A DNA stretch of 64,000 bases, taken from NCBI GenBank assembly GCA_965235115.1, contig OZ249436.1, positions 49,664,001-49,728,000 on the forward strand. The letters run 5' to 3'. Source of the DNA: Laetmonice hystrix. Lineage: Eukaryota. The position numbers were made by a program, and so were the translations under genes. Shown in pieces: positions 49,358-62,037 of this stretch. The first letter of the stretch is position 1. Each line of letters begins with the position of its first letter. The notes under the pieces are model-generated. The model searched no databases and was not told the DNA's origin. It was given only the letters and a program-made list of their open reading frames with translations.

Positions 49358-49558
49358 GAAATTTTGAAGAAACTCATGGGCTTTGCCAAGGACAAGGGAA
49401 ATGAATGTTTTCGTGCAAAGCTATTTGCACAAGCTCATCACCTGTACTTCACAGCCACGTGCATGGCAAAGACCCTGAAGCAGGTTTATTACCATGAAAT
49501 CGACCAGAAATTCTGCTCACAGCTCTTCAGCAACCTGGCTGCCAGCCAACTCAAACTG
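49358..49558 (+). CDS. ZC3H7: ZC3H7-like gene, TPR exon
   Basis: tttgtag|...CTG|gtcagt; EILKKLMGFAKDKGNECFRAKLFAQAHHLY...LFSNLAASQLKL (TPR K-x-x-GN-x-x-F and SNLAA motifs). Confidence 0.9.
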
Positions 49559-52500
49559 GTCAGTCATGTACATGTACTTATTATAGTCTAGTATCAGCAA
49601 TAAAAGTGGAACATCAGCTCTAGGTTTATCTGAACCAGGTATGCCATATGGTGTGGCCATCTTTATTGTACACAGTCGCAAAGGTTATGGGAAACAAAAA
49701 GACGTGTGCTGAACTGGGAGGGGAACCCCCATTATCTAAAACAGAAAGAAAATGGGTGTTTCCCAGTGTTTCATGCTAGGGTGTGTGAAAAAATGGTTGC
49801 CACCTTTGGGGAATCCCCGCAGCTCACGGGTCCTTAGGCTTAGGGGTCTGTCAGGGTTAGGGAGTTTATTGTAAGATCATCAGCCTGGGGGTAAGTAGGA
49901 AATGGCTAAATGGCTATGGTTGTACGTATTGAAGTCTGCTTCTCAAAGTTTTACCTTAAAGTCATAATTTAAAGAGTGGGATACATATTGGTAAATCTGC
50001 ACCTGTCGGCTCAATTGCAATTTCTTGTTCGTGAACATAAGCTCAGTTATAGAGCTCTACATAATTCTAGCAGTTTGTCAGAAGGTAATGCTCAAATTCT
50101 TTACTTGGACACTGATAAAAAAAGTGTTGAAAGATAGAATTCCATAGACTCGCACTACAGGTTACATGTGCCTGTTTGTAGTCTGTAGTGTGCACACATT
50201 GCTATTTATGCCTGAGTAGGACAAATTCCAAAGGGTCATACCTGAGCAAATCAGTGCAGGTAGGCTCTTGGGAAAATCGACAGTCTTTATTGGTAGCTCT
50301 GACCGTCAGAGCTGCTAACCCAACCTTTCGATAGGCTGTATTGGCAGCTCCTACCCAACCTTTCGATAGGCTGTATTGGCAGCTCCTACCCAACCTTTGG
50401 CCTGTTGGGACAGCACAGCTGTTTCTGCTGAGTTGTCACTTTCAGGGTTATAGGTCAGTGAGATAAGATAACTAACACTGAATTACAGTAATCTTACTGT
50501 CATTTCAGTAACAAATACAGGTCTTTAAATAAAGGCAAAGAAATGTAAGGAATATATAACTTGGCTGGAACAATAAATCTGTGTGATGCAACTCTCTTTA
50601 GGTTTCATTTTTATCTATAAACTAGGCATATAAATTTCAATGAGGGCGCTAACTATCATGAGAGAATTCACAGTGAGTGTATGTGTACAATGATAAAATG
50701 GGCAGGAATCAAGTTTGGCGTGAGCAGAACAAGAGCACATGAAGAAGATAAAGTTGACAAATATACCGACCAGCTTTGCTTAGGTCAGAGTCAGACAAAC
50801 TCGACTCTACAGTGAAGTATTTTATCATTAGTCACAGGATAGCGCTTATCAAACTGGTGTCTTTTTGTGGCCTGCTTTAGACTTTAGACCGTCCTAGATT
50901 GCTATAAATATGGAGTCTATTGGCTGAGTTGGTAAATAACCATTGGGAGCCAAGACTGTTCAGACATCTAAGGTGAAAAATGAACACAGAGCCTTTCAGC
51001 ATTGACTGCTTCGGACTGAATACTTACTGTTGAGGTGAGGTTATTTTCTTAAAATGTATGAATTGAATTGTTGAGCGATTGAAGCAGAGTACTCTGAGTT
51101 AGTGTTGATTAGTTTCTGTGTTTTACCCATGAAATGTTATCTCATCTTTCTGTCACTTGTGTTGATGCAGAGGAAAGCAATGTGACCCGTGTTTGAATTT
51201 GTCAGACATGTTTTGAAAACAAGTGGTAGTTATCACTGTTATGTTTCTACACGTATTGATCAACGGGAATGTTTGAAAGAGGGCCCAATGTCTCTCTCAG
51301 TCTCTGTTGTTACATGTCCTCGCAGTTCTACTCTCGATTTGAGTACCCCCCGGTAATCCTGTCAAACTAGAAACTCTGATTGTCAGGCAATACTGGTAGG
51401 ATCCCATTTCACAAATGGATTTCTATCGGTATCTACAGTTTTCTTTCATTTAATTTGACCATTCTGTGATTTGGCCATCTGTTCCCCGTTTACCTGTGGA
51501 AGATATAATTACCCCTGTATTAATATTTTGTAGGTTATTTTTATTTAAATGAGATTCAGAAATTTTCCCTTTGACATTGTAAACTATTATAATCCTCATG
51601 GATTAATATTACTACTTTGTCCAGGCATTTTAAACAATAACCAGACATCAAGCACCTCCTTCACATCCCAAAATTAAAGATTGAAAGAAGTGTTCAATCT
51701 TTAATAGCAACACACATCTAGTGACCAAATTCACGATTCCTATCTGATTGAAACATTTTATTGTGAGACCCATAAAAACTTTTAATTCTGATTGTTTGAA
51801 GTACTTTTAGAAAAAAATCTCAGTAGTGACCAATTTCAAAGTCACGTGACTCATAATATAGGTCAAATTACTAATTTCAAAAGAGCCACCTTATCAGATT
51901 CTTTAGATATACTTTGGCTACATATTTCAAAATATCAAGGGAGGAGATGCAATTTTAGCTGTTTACCATCTTTGACCTAGATCTGCAAAAGGTAAAAGGT
52001 CCGAGGTCAAATTAAGGTACATGGTGATTATGGCCTAAGTACCTAAAATGAGAAACTGTCCTGGAGCTTGCTCCTGCTCTTCTAGAAACTGAAGAAATGA
52101 GCCCGCTGAGAAATGTGTAACACATCATAACGTGATGTGGCATGACGTAATCAGTTGATACCTGAGCAGTTTATTCCATGATCAATATCCCTGCAAGTTT
52201 TATCACGTTACCGTGAAAAACGAGCCAGATAGAGCCATAGTCTAACTACAGGAATAATCTGAAAAAGAAGAATAGTGTTGACTTCAAAATTCCATTTCCC
52301 CCCTGTGGGGGGAAATGAGATAATTATATCTCGGTTTCAGGTCTGTGTAAACCCTGTGTCAACCCCTGACCAGGCTTATCTCGGGCTCCTATAGTCTGTC
52401 AATACTCTGACACAAAGAAGGTTTCGTATTGGTGAAGGACACTCTGAGGAAGACCTGTCATATTGACAGAGCCCCTCCCCCTCCTTGTACCCACTGACAA

Positions 52501-52760
52501 TGGTCAGCTTGTATGGGGTAGTTAGAAAACTGAGAAAAATCTTCTAGTTTCTTTTATCCAAGATCTCTGTACCAGAAGCAGGCCATCATTTTAATGGGGC
52601 GCGATCATGCTGGCGCTCCATTGTGCTTGTAAAATGTGATGGCCGTGCGCGAGTGATGGTGCTCCATAGAACATTACTTGGGGAACTAATTTTGGGATGT
52701 TAAATTGAAAAGCACCTGATGCCAATGTGTTGAGAGCAATTTGTCAAACCGAAATGCCTG

Positions 52761-53890
52761 CAGAAGATAGGGACAGCCCTAGACACTGTCACACAGTCAC
52801 AGAAGATAGGGACAGCCCTAGACACTGCCACACAGTCACAGAAGATAGGGACAGCCCTAGACACTGTCACACAGTCACAGAAGATAGGGACAGCCCTAGA
52901 CACTGCCACACAGTCACAGAAGATAGGGACAGCCCTAGACACTGCCACACAGTCACAGAAGATAGGGACAGCCCTAGACACTGTCACACAGTCACAGAAG
53001 ATAGGGACAGCCCTAGACACTGTCACACAGTCACAGAAGATAGGGACAGCCCTAGACACTGTCACACAGTCACAGAAGATAGGGACAGCCCTAGACACTG
53101 TCACACAGTCACAGAAGATAGGGACAGCCCTAGACACTGTCACACAGTCACAGAAGATAGGGACAGCCCTAGACACTGTCACACAGTCACAGAAGATAGG
53201 GACAGCCCTAGACACTGCCACACAGTCACAGAAGATAGGGACAGCCCTAGACACTGCCACACAGTCACAGAAGATAGGGACAGCCCTAGACACTGTCACA
53301 CAGTCACAGAAGATAGGGACAGCCCTAGACACTGTCACACAGTCACAGAAGATAGGGACAGCCCTAGACACTGTCACACAGTCACAGAAGATAGGGACAG
53401 CCCTAGACACTGTCACACAGTCACAGAAGATAGGGACAGCCCTAGACACTGTCACACAGTCACAGAAGATAGGGACAGCCCTAGACACTGCCACACAGTC
53501 ACAGAAGATAGGGACAGCCCTAGACACTGTCACACAGTCACAGAAGATAGGGACAGCCCTAGACACTGTCACACAGTCACAGAAGATAGGGACAGCCCTA
53601 GACACTGTCACACAGTCACAGAAGATAGGGACAGCCCTAGACACTGTCACACAGTCACAGAAGATAGGGACAGCCCTAGACACTGTCACACAGTCACAGA
53701 AGATAGGGACAGCCCTAGACACTGTCACACAGTCACAGAAGATAGGGACAGCCCTAGACACTGCCACACAGTCACAGAAGATAGGGACAGCCCTAGACAC
53801 TGTCACACAGTCACAGAAGATAGGGACAGCCCTAGACACTGTCACACAGTCACAGAAGATAGGGACAGCCCTAGACACTGCCACACAGTC
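52761..53890. repeat. Highly homogeneous 39-bp minisatellite, 29 copies (intronic)
   Basis: Unit CAGAAGATAGGGACAGCCCTAGACACTGYCACACAGTCA; only one T/C variable position seen. Confidence 0.97.
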
Positions 53891-54138
53891 GCCTACTTTA
53901 CCTGGATAAGTTCACCTATTTTACGGTATATCGGGAGATTCGTGAGTTCCTCCACATTATAAGAGTCTTGGTTAGTTCAATGAATGTCCTATACCCTGGC
54001 ATCAGGAGTGCTAGTTACCTGGTAAGTCTGGGTTATTACCAGACAAACCGTCTGACTGTAAGAACTGTATTGAGCATGTTTTGTTGATATGTACTGTATG
54101 AGTTGATATGGCCATTGTGTTTGTGCAATGAATTCCAG

Positions 54139-54175
54139 GACTTCTACCCAGAAGCAGTAGACAGCTGCTCTGTAG
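54139..54175 (+). CDS. ZC3H7: ZC3H7-like gene, 37-nt TPR exon
   Basis: aattccag|...GTAG|gtaggt; phase 0->1; DFYPEAVDSCSV completes the TPR helix KLDFYPEAVDSCSVALGL. Confidence 0.85.
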
Positions 54176-54784
54176 GTAGGTATTGTCTTCTTTAGCTTCT
54201 TCTTGGAACCATGCCTTTTGTTCTGTAAACTTTTGTATTGATATACGTTCTTTTTAGTTACATTGATATACATTACATTTTAGTTTTCTACCTAATTTCC
54301 AGCATATATAACCCTTGCTCTCGTTGATATTTTCAATTACCACCTCCAAAGGTTCATAACTACAATTAGAAACATGATGAACTGTATCTTAATGTAAAAA
54401 ATGGGTGACTTAATTTACTTGCTCTGCTGTTACTGTAAATTTCCTCTCAGATCAGAGCTCTAGAGTAATGTTGAAGCCAAATAAAATGGTTCCATCAAAA
54501 CAACATGGCTGGTGTATGAGAAAAAAGAAACTAAGTGTGCCAAACAAATAGTGACTCAGTACAACCATACAGGATTCCGGTGGTGCAATTGTTAGCAGTA
54601 TATCCTGTGGGAGAAATGTTCATGGTTTTGTGGCTCTAGCCCATATAGCCATAAAAAAAACTCTATCACAGAGTGTTGTGTACCGGTACATATATGGGTA
54701 GGATCAGAGCTTGTGTTAAATTTGCATTGATTACAAGAGATTACCGTTTACAATATACTTTATGCCATTTAATTCTTGGTGCAG

Positions 54785-54933
54785 CACTAGGCCTGAATAA
54801 AGACAACCTGAAGGCACACTACAGGGTAGCGCTTGCCCACAAGTCCTTACACCAGTATTCCCTAGCTTTAGCTAAGGCTGAAAAAGGTCGAGAGAAGGCG
54901 GAAGCTCTAGGTCTTTCTGCTGATGTCACTCGG
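54785..54933 (+). CDS. ZC3H7: ZC3H7-like gene, TPR exon
   Basis: ggtgcag|...CGG|gtcagt; phase 1->0; ALGLNKDNLKAHYRVALAHKSLHQYSLALAKAEKG. Confidence 0.88.
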
Positions 54934-55414
54934 GTCAGTTGAACTAGTTATCTACTGATATATCATCCTTATATTGTCTGTCAGAACCTGTTCCAAGTGG
55001 TCCAACAGTGATTCAATATTGACCCTGCTCATTTTTCCTTTATGGAATATATATACGCTATTAGTTCCTTATTATTTGTTAGATACAGTAAAATTGCAGG
55101 AGTGTTTAAAGGTTTTTTTCCACCATCTCACCAACTTTCAATGTTGGTCAATCTGCCATGATAATATAGACGATATGGTAGTCTGATTGTCACATGCTTT
55201 TTCTAGAAGTGAGAATAGTTTAGTCTCGATAGTTTTTATCTAGAAAGGCCTTCATATTCCATGAAAACAATGATTGTGGGTTTTTGTATTCACCGGGAAT
55301 TTCCGATCAGAATTTTGGCAGCATACCAATACATTGGAGGGAATCATGTAACTACCCCTAACTGCTCCAATGTTCTATACTCCTCCATTAAATCTACTGG
55401 CTCTCTTATTTCAG

Positions 55415-55606
55415 TTCAGTGATTTAATCAAGGAGCTCAAGGTTCATACAGTGCAAGAGCCCGCGGAATTTGTTGACCCTTCTACCATGCCTTCCTCAAG
55501 GTTTGGCAGGATTTCTACAACAGTGTCTGCATCAACGAGGGGGCCTAAAAAAAAGTCAACTGAAGAGAACAGCTGGCTTCAAGGCACTAATATTCATGTA
55601 ACTAAG
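55415..55606 (+). CDS. ZC3H7: ZC3H7-like gene, linker exon
   Basis: ttatttcag|...AAG|gtgaga; 192 nt, phase 0->0; FSDLIKELKVHTVQEP... Confidence 0.8.
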
Positions 55607-55972
55607 GTGAGATTCAGCTTGTTAGGTCATAGCTTACTCCTATTTCCTGAAAATTTAGAGGTAATTTAAGCGGACTGAGAGTCTCCCAGCGACTGAGTGT
55701 TGAGTGGCTTTGTCATACTATGTAGACTCTTCGTTGGTTCAAAATCAGCACCAGATACAACATAATTTTGTCAGTGGTTATTCAGTTCACATTTTAAACA
55801 CATTTTATCTTTAGGAAACCATGGATTCATACTAATGAATTTATTTTCATGATGTTCACAGGCCATTGTATTCAACATTAACTATTTAAGCATCCCGGTC
55901 TGACAGCGAGTGGTTTTAAGTCCACATGTTTGACTAACATCGTGATTCCTTACCCTACACCTGTTTTTGTAG

Positions 55973-56027
55973 AAACTGTGTGACCGAAGAGCTGCGATCA
56001 GTTCCAAAAAGGCCAAGAAACCAAAAG
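55973..56027 (+). CDS. ZC3H7: ZC3H7-like gene, small basic exon
   Basis: ttttgtag|...AAAG|gtacct; phase 0->1; KLCDRRAAISSKKAKKPK. Confidence 0.7.
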
Positions 56028-56447
56028 GTACCTCAAGCCTTTATTTCATTTTTTTAATAGAAATCCTTGACATCAAACATAGCTAAATGCAGACAAAATA
56101 ATTTGATGTGGTACTACCTGGAATACATTTCATAGAAATCATGTTATTTTGCAGTATATTGAAAATATTGACAGATGGCACGTGCCACCCTTTTGGTATT
56201 ATTCCAAGGTAATATTGCTCATAAAATGAAAGCTGTGTATTCCTGGTGGTCAAGATGAAATTTGGAATACACGATTGGGAAGACTCGCTCTCAACAGTTA
56301 TGACAAGACAGTGATTTTTCAAGAGATGCCTCCTTTGTTAAGCTGGAGTAATTTGAGACCTGTATAAAAGCCTTAGTGTAGTCTGCCGTTCATCTCATTC
56401 ATGTTACCCCTACACATTGGGGGTTCCTCTCTCTTTACATTAATCAG

Positions 56448-56480
56448 ATGTTCCAGAAGCACGCCACAGAAGCGATTCAG
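56448..56480 (+). CDS. ZC3H7: ZC3H7-like gene, possible 33-nt symmetric micro-exon
   Basis: taatcag|...TCAG|gtgaag; phase 1->1; DVPEARHRSDS; not needed for frame. Confidence 0.55.
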
Positions 56481-56514
56481 GTGAAGTTTCTACATTCAAG
56501 CACTGCAGGTCTAG

Positions 56515-56638
56515 GGGGTGTTTCAATAAACGCGCCGGACCGTCCAACTGAGCGATGAACAATCCGTCCCATTTTGTTTGTATGGGCCAGAATGGCTCGT
56601 CGCCATCGGACGGTCCAACGTACTTATTGAAACCCCTC
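56515..56638. mobile_element. PIF/Harbinger-like MITE (same terminal family as 41030-41228)
   Basis: TIRs GGGGTGTTTCAATAA and TTATTGAAACCCCTC; TAG on both sides. Confidence 0.75.
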
Positions 56639-58342
56639 TAGGTTTCCCAGTTATTGCATCATGATTGAGTGGGATTAGGTAGCACCAGGTTATGGCTTAG
56701 ATTTCCCTGCACCTGGCCCTCTTCCATGGTGTCCTCCCTGAGTTTGTTTACATTGGAGATATTCAAGATTGGGTATGACCTGCCGTTTGTGTACAATTGT
56801 ACACAGAGCTCACTTCTGTTTCCCTTTCTGTCATTTGATTCCGTTAAAGTGTATTTATTCTCCAAAATCAGCAAATTTTCATTTTTTTCAGTCGGTTTCT
56901 TTACTGTGAACATTAAAACGTTTGCCTGAACTTGAATTACAACAACATCTTGGTGCTAAATCGTTGCCATTTTGGCATGAAAATCATAAATGTAAGAGTA
57001 TATTTGAGTAAATTTGGGAAGCGCATGATTTAGGCATCTTTCAATGTTTTGGTATTATGGTATAAAGACTAACAGCTCTGAAAGCCATTGAGTGCTTTAG
57101 ATTGCACTATACCCAGCAGTGGTCAAAGGAATAAAGAGAGCCTCGGTCGCTTGGCTCAGTTAGGAAAATAAGAGCATGAATCTAGTCCCTGTGAAAGGTG
57201 GAACCAGGACCTGCTGTGTGTGTACAATAAATATATTAGAGAATGACATTTTCCATTATCTGGGTTCTTGTCAAGCAGTTTGCCCATTTTGTGGAATAAC
57301 TTCTCTAGTGAAGGTCTGTCATAGAAATGTATATATACATGTATTAAACAAAGCTTCCATGCTATTATAGAATCTTGCTGATATAAGTGTAGGTCAAGAG
57401 TGGGCGTGTGGCATGTTATAGGAGTAGTTGAGTTTGTTTGCACTGTAATTCTGTAGTGTCATGGAAAGCTAATGACTAAAATATTATTTGGATCAAATAT
57501 TTGTAGGTGGTGTTGGTAGACTAGAGAAACAATCTGCTCATATCTAAGTTGTGCACTCAGATCAGATATATGTTTTACGGAAAGTGTAGATATGAAATGT
57601 CAAGTATCATATATCGGCAGCCTATATACATCTGTATGTATGCCAGAAACACCCCATGGACCTCCTCAGTGTTGGTATTCGGGCATTTTCCTGAAAAAAA
57701 ATCTTAAAATATAAAATGCTAAAAAAAGTCAAGAACGCCAGTAATAACAGGCAGGCTTTCCTGGAGATTTTCGACTTTTTTTTTTTTTTTTTTTTGGGGG
57801 GGGGGGGGATGCTGTGAGTTTGGAGGGAGAGAGTAATGCAAAATATTTCCCCTGGGAATTTTTTTTTTTGGGGGGTGGGGAGTAGCTGAATGATGGGGGG
57901 GGGGGCCTGCATGCTGTTTGAGTACAGATACAGAGGAATATTACTATTATTGTTCTACCTAGAGTTTACAGTTAGACTTTGTATTGTGGTCTTTTTGTAT
58001 GAATAAGACTAACCACTCGGGGGCTATTATAGCCGCATATTAACAAGATTCTCCATTATGGTGGAGTGGCAATCCATAGTGCCGTCTGATGGCAGAAATT
58101 TTTCCCATTGAGCACCACTTTGTAACTTGTATTATCTAAATCAGTTGTAACCCAATTTCACACTCACATAATAATGCCATGTATTTCTACATTTTTTCTA
58201 GTCTTTTTCTCATATCAAGTCAGATTGCATGTCCTTTTTTCTCCTGTGGGTCTCAATTTTAATCTGTGTAGTTAAAATAATTTAGAGAGCCTGTCAGTTG
58301 ATTGTGTCTTTAACCTACTGTTTTTTCTTCTCCCATTTCCAG

Positions 58343-58527
58343 AGTCCTCTAGTTCCAGCTACACTGGGCGGTTTGCATCACTTCGAGTGGAAAGCACTGG
58401 GTCATCAGAAGAAGATGAAGAAATTACTGAAAAAATGGAGAGTTTACAAGAAGATCTAAGCTTTGTGGACCATGGTGGGGGGGCCCCCTTCCAGTTGCCA
58501 GCTGGATGCAGGTCCAGAAAACAACGG
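58343..58527 (+). CDS. ZC3H7: ZC3H7-like gene, Ser/acidic linker exon
   Basis: catttccag|...CGG|gtaaga; phase 1->0; SSSSSYTGRFASLRVESTGSSEEDEEITEK...RKQR. Confidence 0.82.
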
Positions 58528-59144
58528 GTAAGATATTTGTTCACTGTTCTAGAGTTCAACTCATTTCTTGTTTGTAAGAGAAGTTGAGAATGATAACAGA
58601 GGTTTTACTGCTGTGTGATGTGAGTCTAAGCATGCTCCCTAGACAGTCAGCCTGACTGCTTTGATAGGCCCTTAACCCTTTCAGTGCACAATTTCTGTTA
58701 TTCTATTTATTGAATGAATTTCAATTTATTTTAGAGCATTTTGGTGACTTTTATATTCCCTGTTGATACCTTTGCACTAAAAGAATCGAGGTGAAATTTA
58801 CACCAGATTTGGGGAACTTCTGAAGGTCATGAAAATTATGAGTTTGACTACTAAAAAAATAAAAACAACCTTAAAACTAGCTTTTAGGTGGGTTTGTTCC
58901 AATATACATGTATAGATGAAAATAAATACCATGAGGTAGCTTTTGGGCAAATATTGTGAAAAATAAAAATTTGTTGGGAAATAAAAAAGTACAATATGAC
59001 GTTTATCTTTTTGCCATTTGAGAGGGTTCCCCACATTTCATCAACTGTGTAATAAACCCTACAGGCCATGAAGAAACAAAGATTGCAAAGCTTGGAATAT
59101 AAGATTGAAAAGTGCAGGCTGTTTGTAATGTTGGTTCATTCCAG

Positions 59145-59199
59145 GCTTCAAAGGAAGTAGCAGACTTCGGAATGGGTCTAGATGACTTTGGAGCAGTAG
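59145..59199 (+). CDS. ZC3H7: ZC3H7-like gene, small exon
   Basis: cattccag|...GTAG|gtaaga; phase 0->1; ASKEVADFGMGLDDFGAV. Confidence 0.72.
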
Positions 59200-59512
59200 G
59201 TAAGACAACATATGAAAAGCTTTTGTCTTTATTGTGCAGACACTGTGAAATACATTTAGTATGATCTGCCCAACAAAATAGACATCATTTCAGGAAAAGC
59301 ATAATGCTTGTTCAGACTTTTTCAAATACAAAAATGTAACTGCCACACAAGACAATTAAGTTTCTTTCCTTGTTTATCCAGAGTCTAGTAAGGGGGAAGG
59401 TATTGGATTGGTTTTCAGTTTCTAATTTCTTTTTCAGTTTTTTAATTTCTGTGGGTGTGAGTGGGCCGCAGTTATTTGGTGACATTTAGAGTGTGTTTTG
59501 GTGTTGTTTCAG

Positions 59513-59544
59513 GTAGACGCACACAGCAGCCATCTTTGACCAAG
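59513..59544 (+). CDS. ZC3H7: ZC3H7-like gene, 32-nt micro-exon
   Basis: gtttcag|...AAG|gtaagt; phase 1->0; GRRTQQPSLTK; complements the phase of the previous exon. Confidence 0.72.
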
Positions 59545-60204
59545 GTAAGTCGAGGGCATGTCCTAATGTAGTTACAATGTAGTTATACTAACTTGCTATA
59601 TGTGTGGCAGGACTTTATATGACTTGTCTCAGTACATTTACATCAACTAACTGTGAGTAGTTTTACCTGGGACTTTAATTGAAATAATCAACAGAAATAA
59701 TTTTAAAACAGAGTTTGCAATGAATAGAAGGGGATAGCATAAGGCTTAAATAGGTGAAACAATTCTCAAAATGACTTTAATCAGAGATTCGAACTTTAGG
59801 AATTTTGAAAGGTGAAATTTTTGAATTGACAAGGTACATGTAATTCAAGGTGGTTCTGTATATGTTGCCTCAAGAAATTTTGAAAATAAGCATGATAAAT
59901 TACGTGTTTTGGGGCATTATTTTCTTGGATTTCATTGGTCAAATAAGCTAATATAGAATTCACTGGGTGGCACAACATTCTTAAACATAAAACTTTAAAA
60001 TTTCAGTCAGAAAACCCTATTCTTAGTATATTCAATGACTGGTTTCCAGTGAATGTCTGATTGTGTGAGAATTTCGAATGGCTGAGAGCATGAGATGGAT
60101 GCAGAATGCATGAGTCTCACACTGAATGTGTGATAGTTGGTAGGTCTTCTACTGGTGTCACTTTTTTTATCGAAAAATTGTGGTAGTTACCTCGTATCTT
60201 GCAG

Positions 60205-60414
60205 GAAATGGTGATACAGAATTTACCAAGTCCCCTCAACAGCTACGACTACAGATTGGCCTGTTATAGATGCTTTGAGAAGCGTTCAGAGGGAATGTTA
60301 GGGTCCCACTACCATCCTAACTTAGACCACACATGTCTGAGGGACTTTATTATGTGTCAGACTCAGCCTGGGTCCAGCGGGCTGTGGCTCAAGATTCGGC
60401 CTCAACCAACAAAG
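60205..60414 (+). CDS. ZC3H7: ZC3H7-like gene, first zinc-binding module (CxxC...HxC...W-x-K-I-R-P)
   Basis: cttgcag|...AAG|gtaggt; 210 nt; YDYRLACYRCFEK...LDHTCLRDFIMC...LWLKIRPQPTK. Confidence 0.88.
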
Positions 60415-60676
60415 GTAGGTGCACTCAGACAAGTTTAAAATTCACCTCGCCATCATTTGCAAAATCCATGTTTATTTTATAGGTACAAATGTACGTGTAT
60501 TTTGTGTTTGTCCATAGAATTGGATTTTAACTCGACACTACACATGATGCCAGGCTGTAGCTTTTTGTCTATATGTGCCCACATCAGTGGAGATTTCCTA
60601 GACAATTTACATTACATTTGTACTTCATTCCCCATTGTGGGTAATGGATGCGAAAGAGACTTAAGGACAGGCTATC

Positions 60677-61098
60677 AGTAGGAGGTGTGACATTGAGTGG
60701 GTGGCACACTCACCTGACTTGACCACCCCAGATTTTTATCTCTGGGGTTACAGGGGTTACTTGAAAGACAGTGTTTATATATGAACAATCCTGAGACAAT
60801 TGACCAGCTGAAGACAACCATTCCAAGGGGAATCAGAGCAATACCGCGTGACAAATGTGTGCGTGTGATTGACAACTCCGCACGCAGAATCCAAGTGTGC
60901 TTACAATGCCGTGGGGGACATTTGGAGCATAATTTCAACAGGGCATCAAATCCGAACCAGGAATCGGAATTAACTAAAACTGTGCAAGGACATTAGGCAT
61001 TTATTATAGTTAAGGCATACCAAATCTGAACAAACTCTATGGAGAGCTACAGATTTTAGAAGGCTTAGTATGGGTTCTGTTTTTTTTGGGTCACCCTG
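60677..61098 (+). pseudogene. Tc1/mariner transposase 3' remnant with right TIR
   Basis: EWVAHSPDLTTPDFYLWGY..LKDSVY, a frameshift near 60779, then NNPETIDQLK...RRIQVCLQCRGGHLEH; ends TTTTGGGTCACCCTG followed by TA. Confidence 0.9.
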
Positions 61099-61300
61099 TA
61101 CATGCCCAGTTTAAGGTGGGCCAAGCAGTTTTCTTGTATGAGCTTTGAAATTAGCAAAATCTGTAAATCTGCTTTTGTGGAACAGCATGTTCACTCATAA
61201 GTTAAATGAAGAGTTTTAGGGTTATTGTATAATGAAAATTATTGGATAGATTCTCCTGACCGTTATCAGTGACAGATTTAGAGTGTATTCTTTCCTGCAG

Positions 61301-61496
61301 ATGTCGACTCAACTTAAGTTTGGTGGGAAATTCAAGTTGTGTCAGCAGTTCCAAGCTCGTCTTCCATGTAAGATTGGTGAAACAAATTGCACTTTTGCTC
61401 ACAATGAGGTTGAGATTGTTACATGGGCGCATGAACTTTCTGGACGCTTCAAATACCAAGATTTTAAAACACTGCTGAAAAGGATCCCCATCGAGA
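61301..61496 (+). CDS. ZC3H7: ZC3H7-like gene, CCCH zinc-finger exon
   Basis: ttcctgcag|...GAGA|gtaagt; phase 0->1; FKLCQQFQARLPCKIGETNCTFAHNEVEIVTW. Confidence 0.9.
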
Positions 61497-61619
61497 GTAA
61501 GTATCTGTATCTGTAAGATTTACATCAGGTAGACAAATTTCAATTTCACATTAAAAACAGGTATATTTTTGGTGATTTGTAAATGTAGTTTTGAATAAGT
61601 TTTTAACATGCATTCCTGG

Positions 61620-61864
61620 CTCTTATCCTTAGAATACAAATGTGGCTTGAAATGAGTACTACATATTCTGAGCATAATCGCAGCATCATGTTAGTTACTA
61701 CATGTATACATCATACATGATGCTAGGATTACGCTCAGAATGTATGTAGTACTCATTTCAAGCAACATTTGTATTCTAAGGATAAGAGAGGATACTGGAA
61801 ATGTATGACTTCGGGTGACAAAGATAACTTATCTTCGTCACCCGAAGTCATACATTTCCAGTAT
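61620..61864. repeat. Two adjacent inverted repeats (169-nt and 73-nt hairpins)
   Basis: 61620-61788: ~70-nt arms with a few mismatches. 61792-61864: 36-nt arms with one mismatch around a single central base. Confidence 0.92.
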
Positions 61865-62037
61865 TGTGAATACGTTTTATGTCTATTAGCGAGTATTGGA
61901 GTAGGTTAACCCAAGACCTTGGCAGTTGCCTTAATGTAAATATAGCTGAAGATGATCTTTACCTGTTCTTATATACAGACACCATGTTTTAGCTTATGTA
62001 CAAGTAACTGGAACAATTTTCACCCTTCTTTTCTAAG

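Noticed and set aside
50220..50259. Candidate phase 0->1 exon DKFQRVIPEQISA for the TPR gap
   Set aside because: Weak acceptor and poor TPR fit; 54139-54175 has the expected length and the A-x-x-x-C pattern.
52700..53962. 394-aa and 411-aa ORFs on opposite strands
   Set aside because: By-products of a stop-free 39-bp (13-codon) repeat with no meaningful divergence between units, lying in an intron that splits a TPR.
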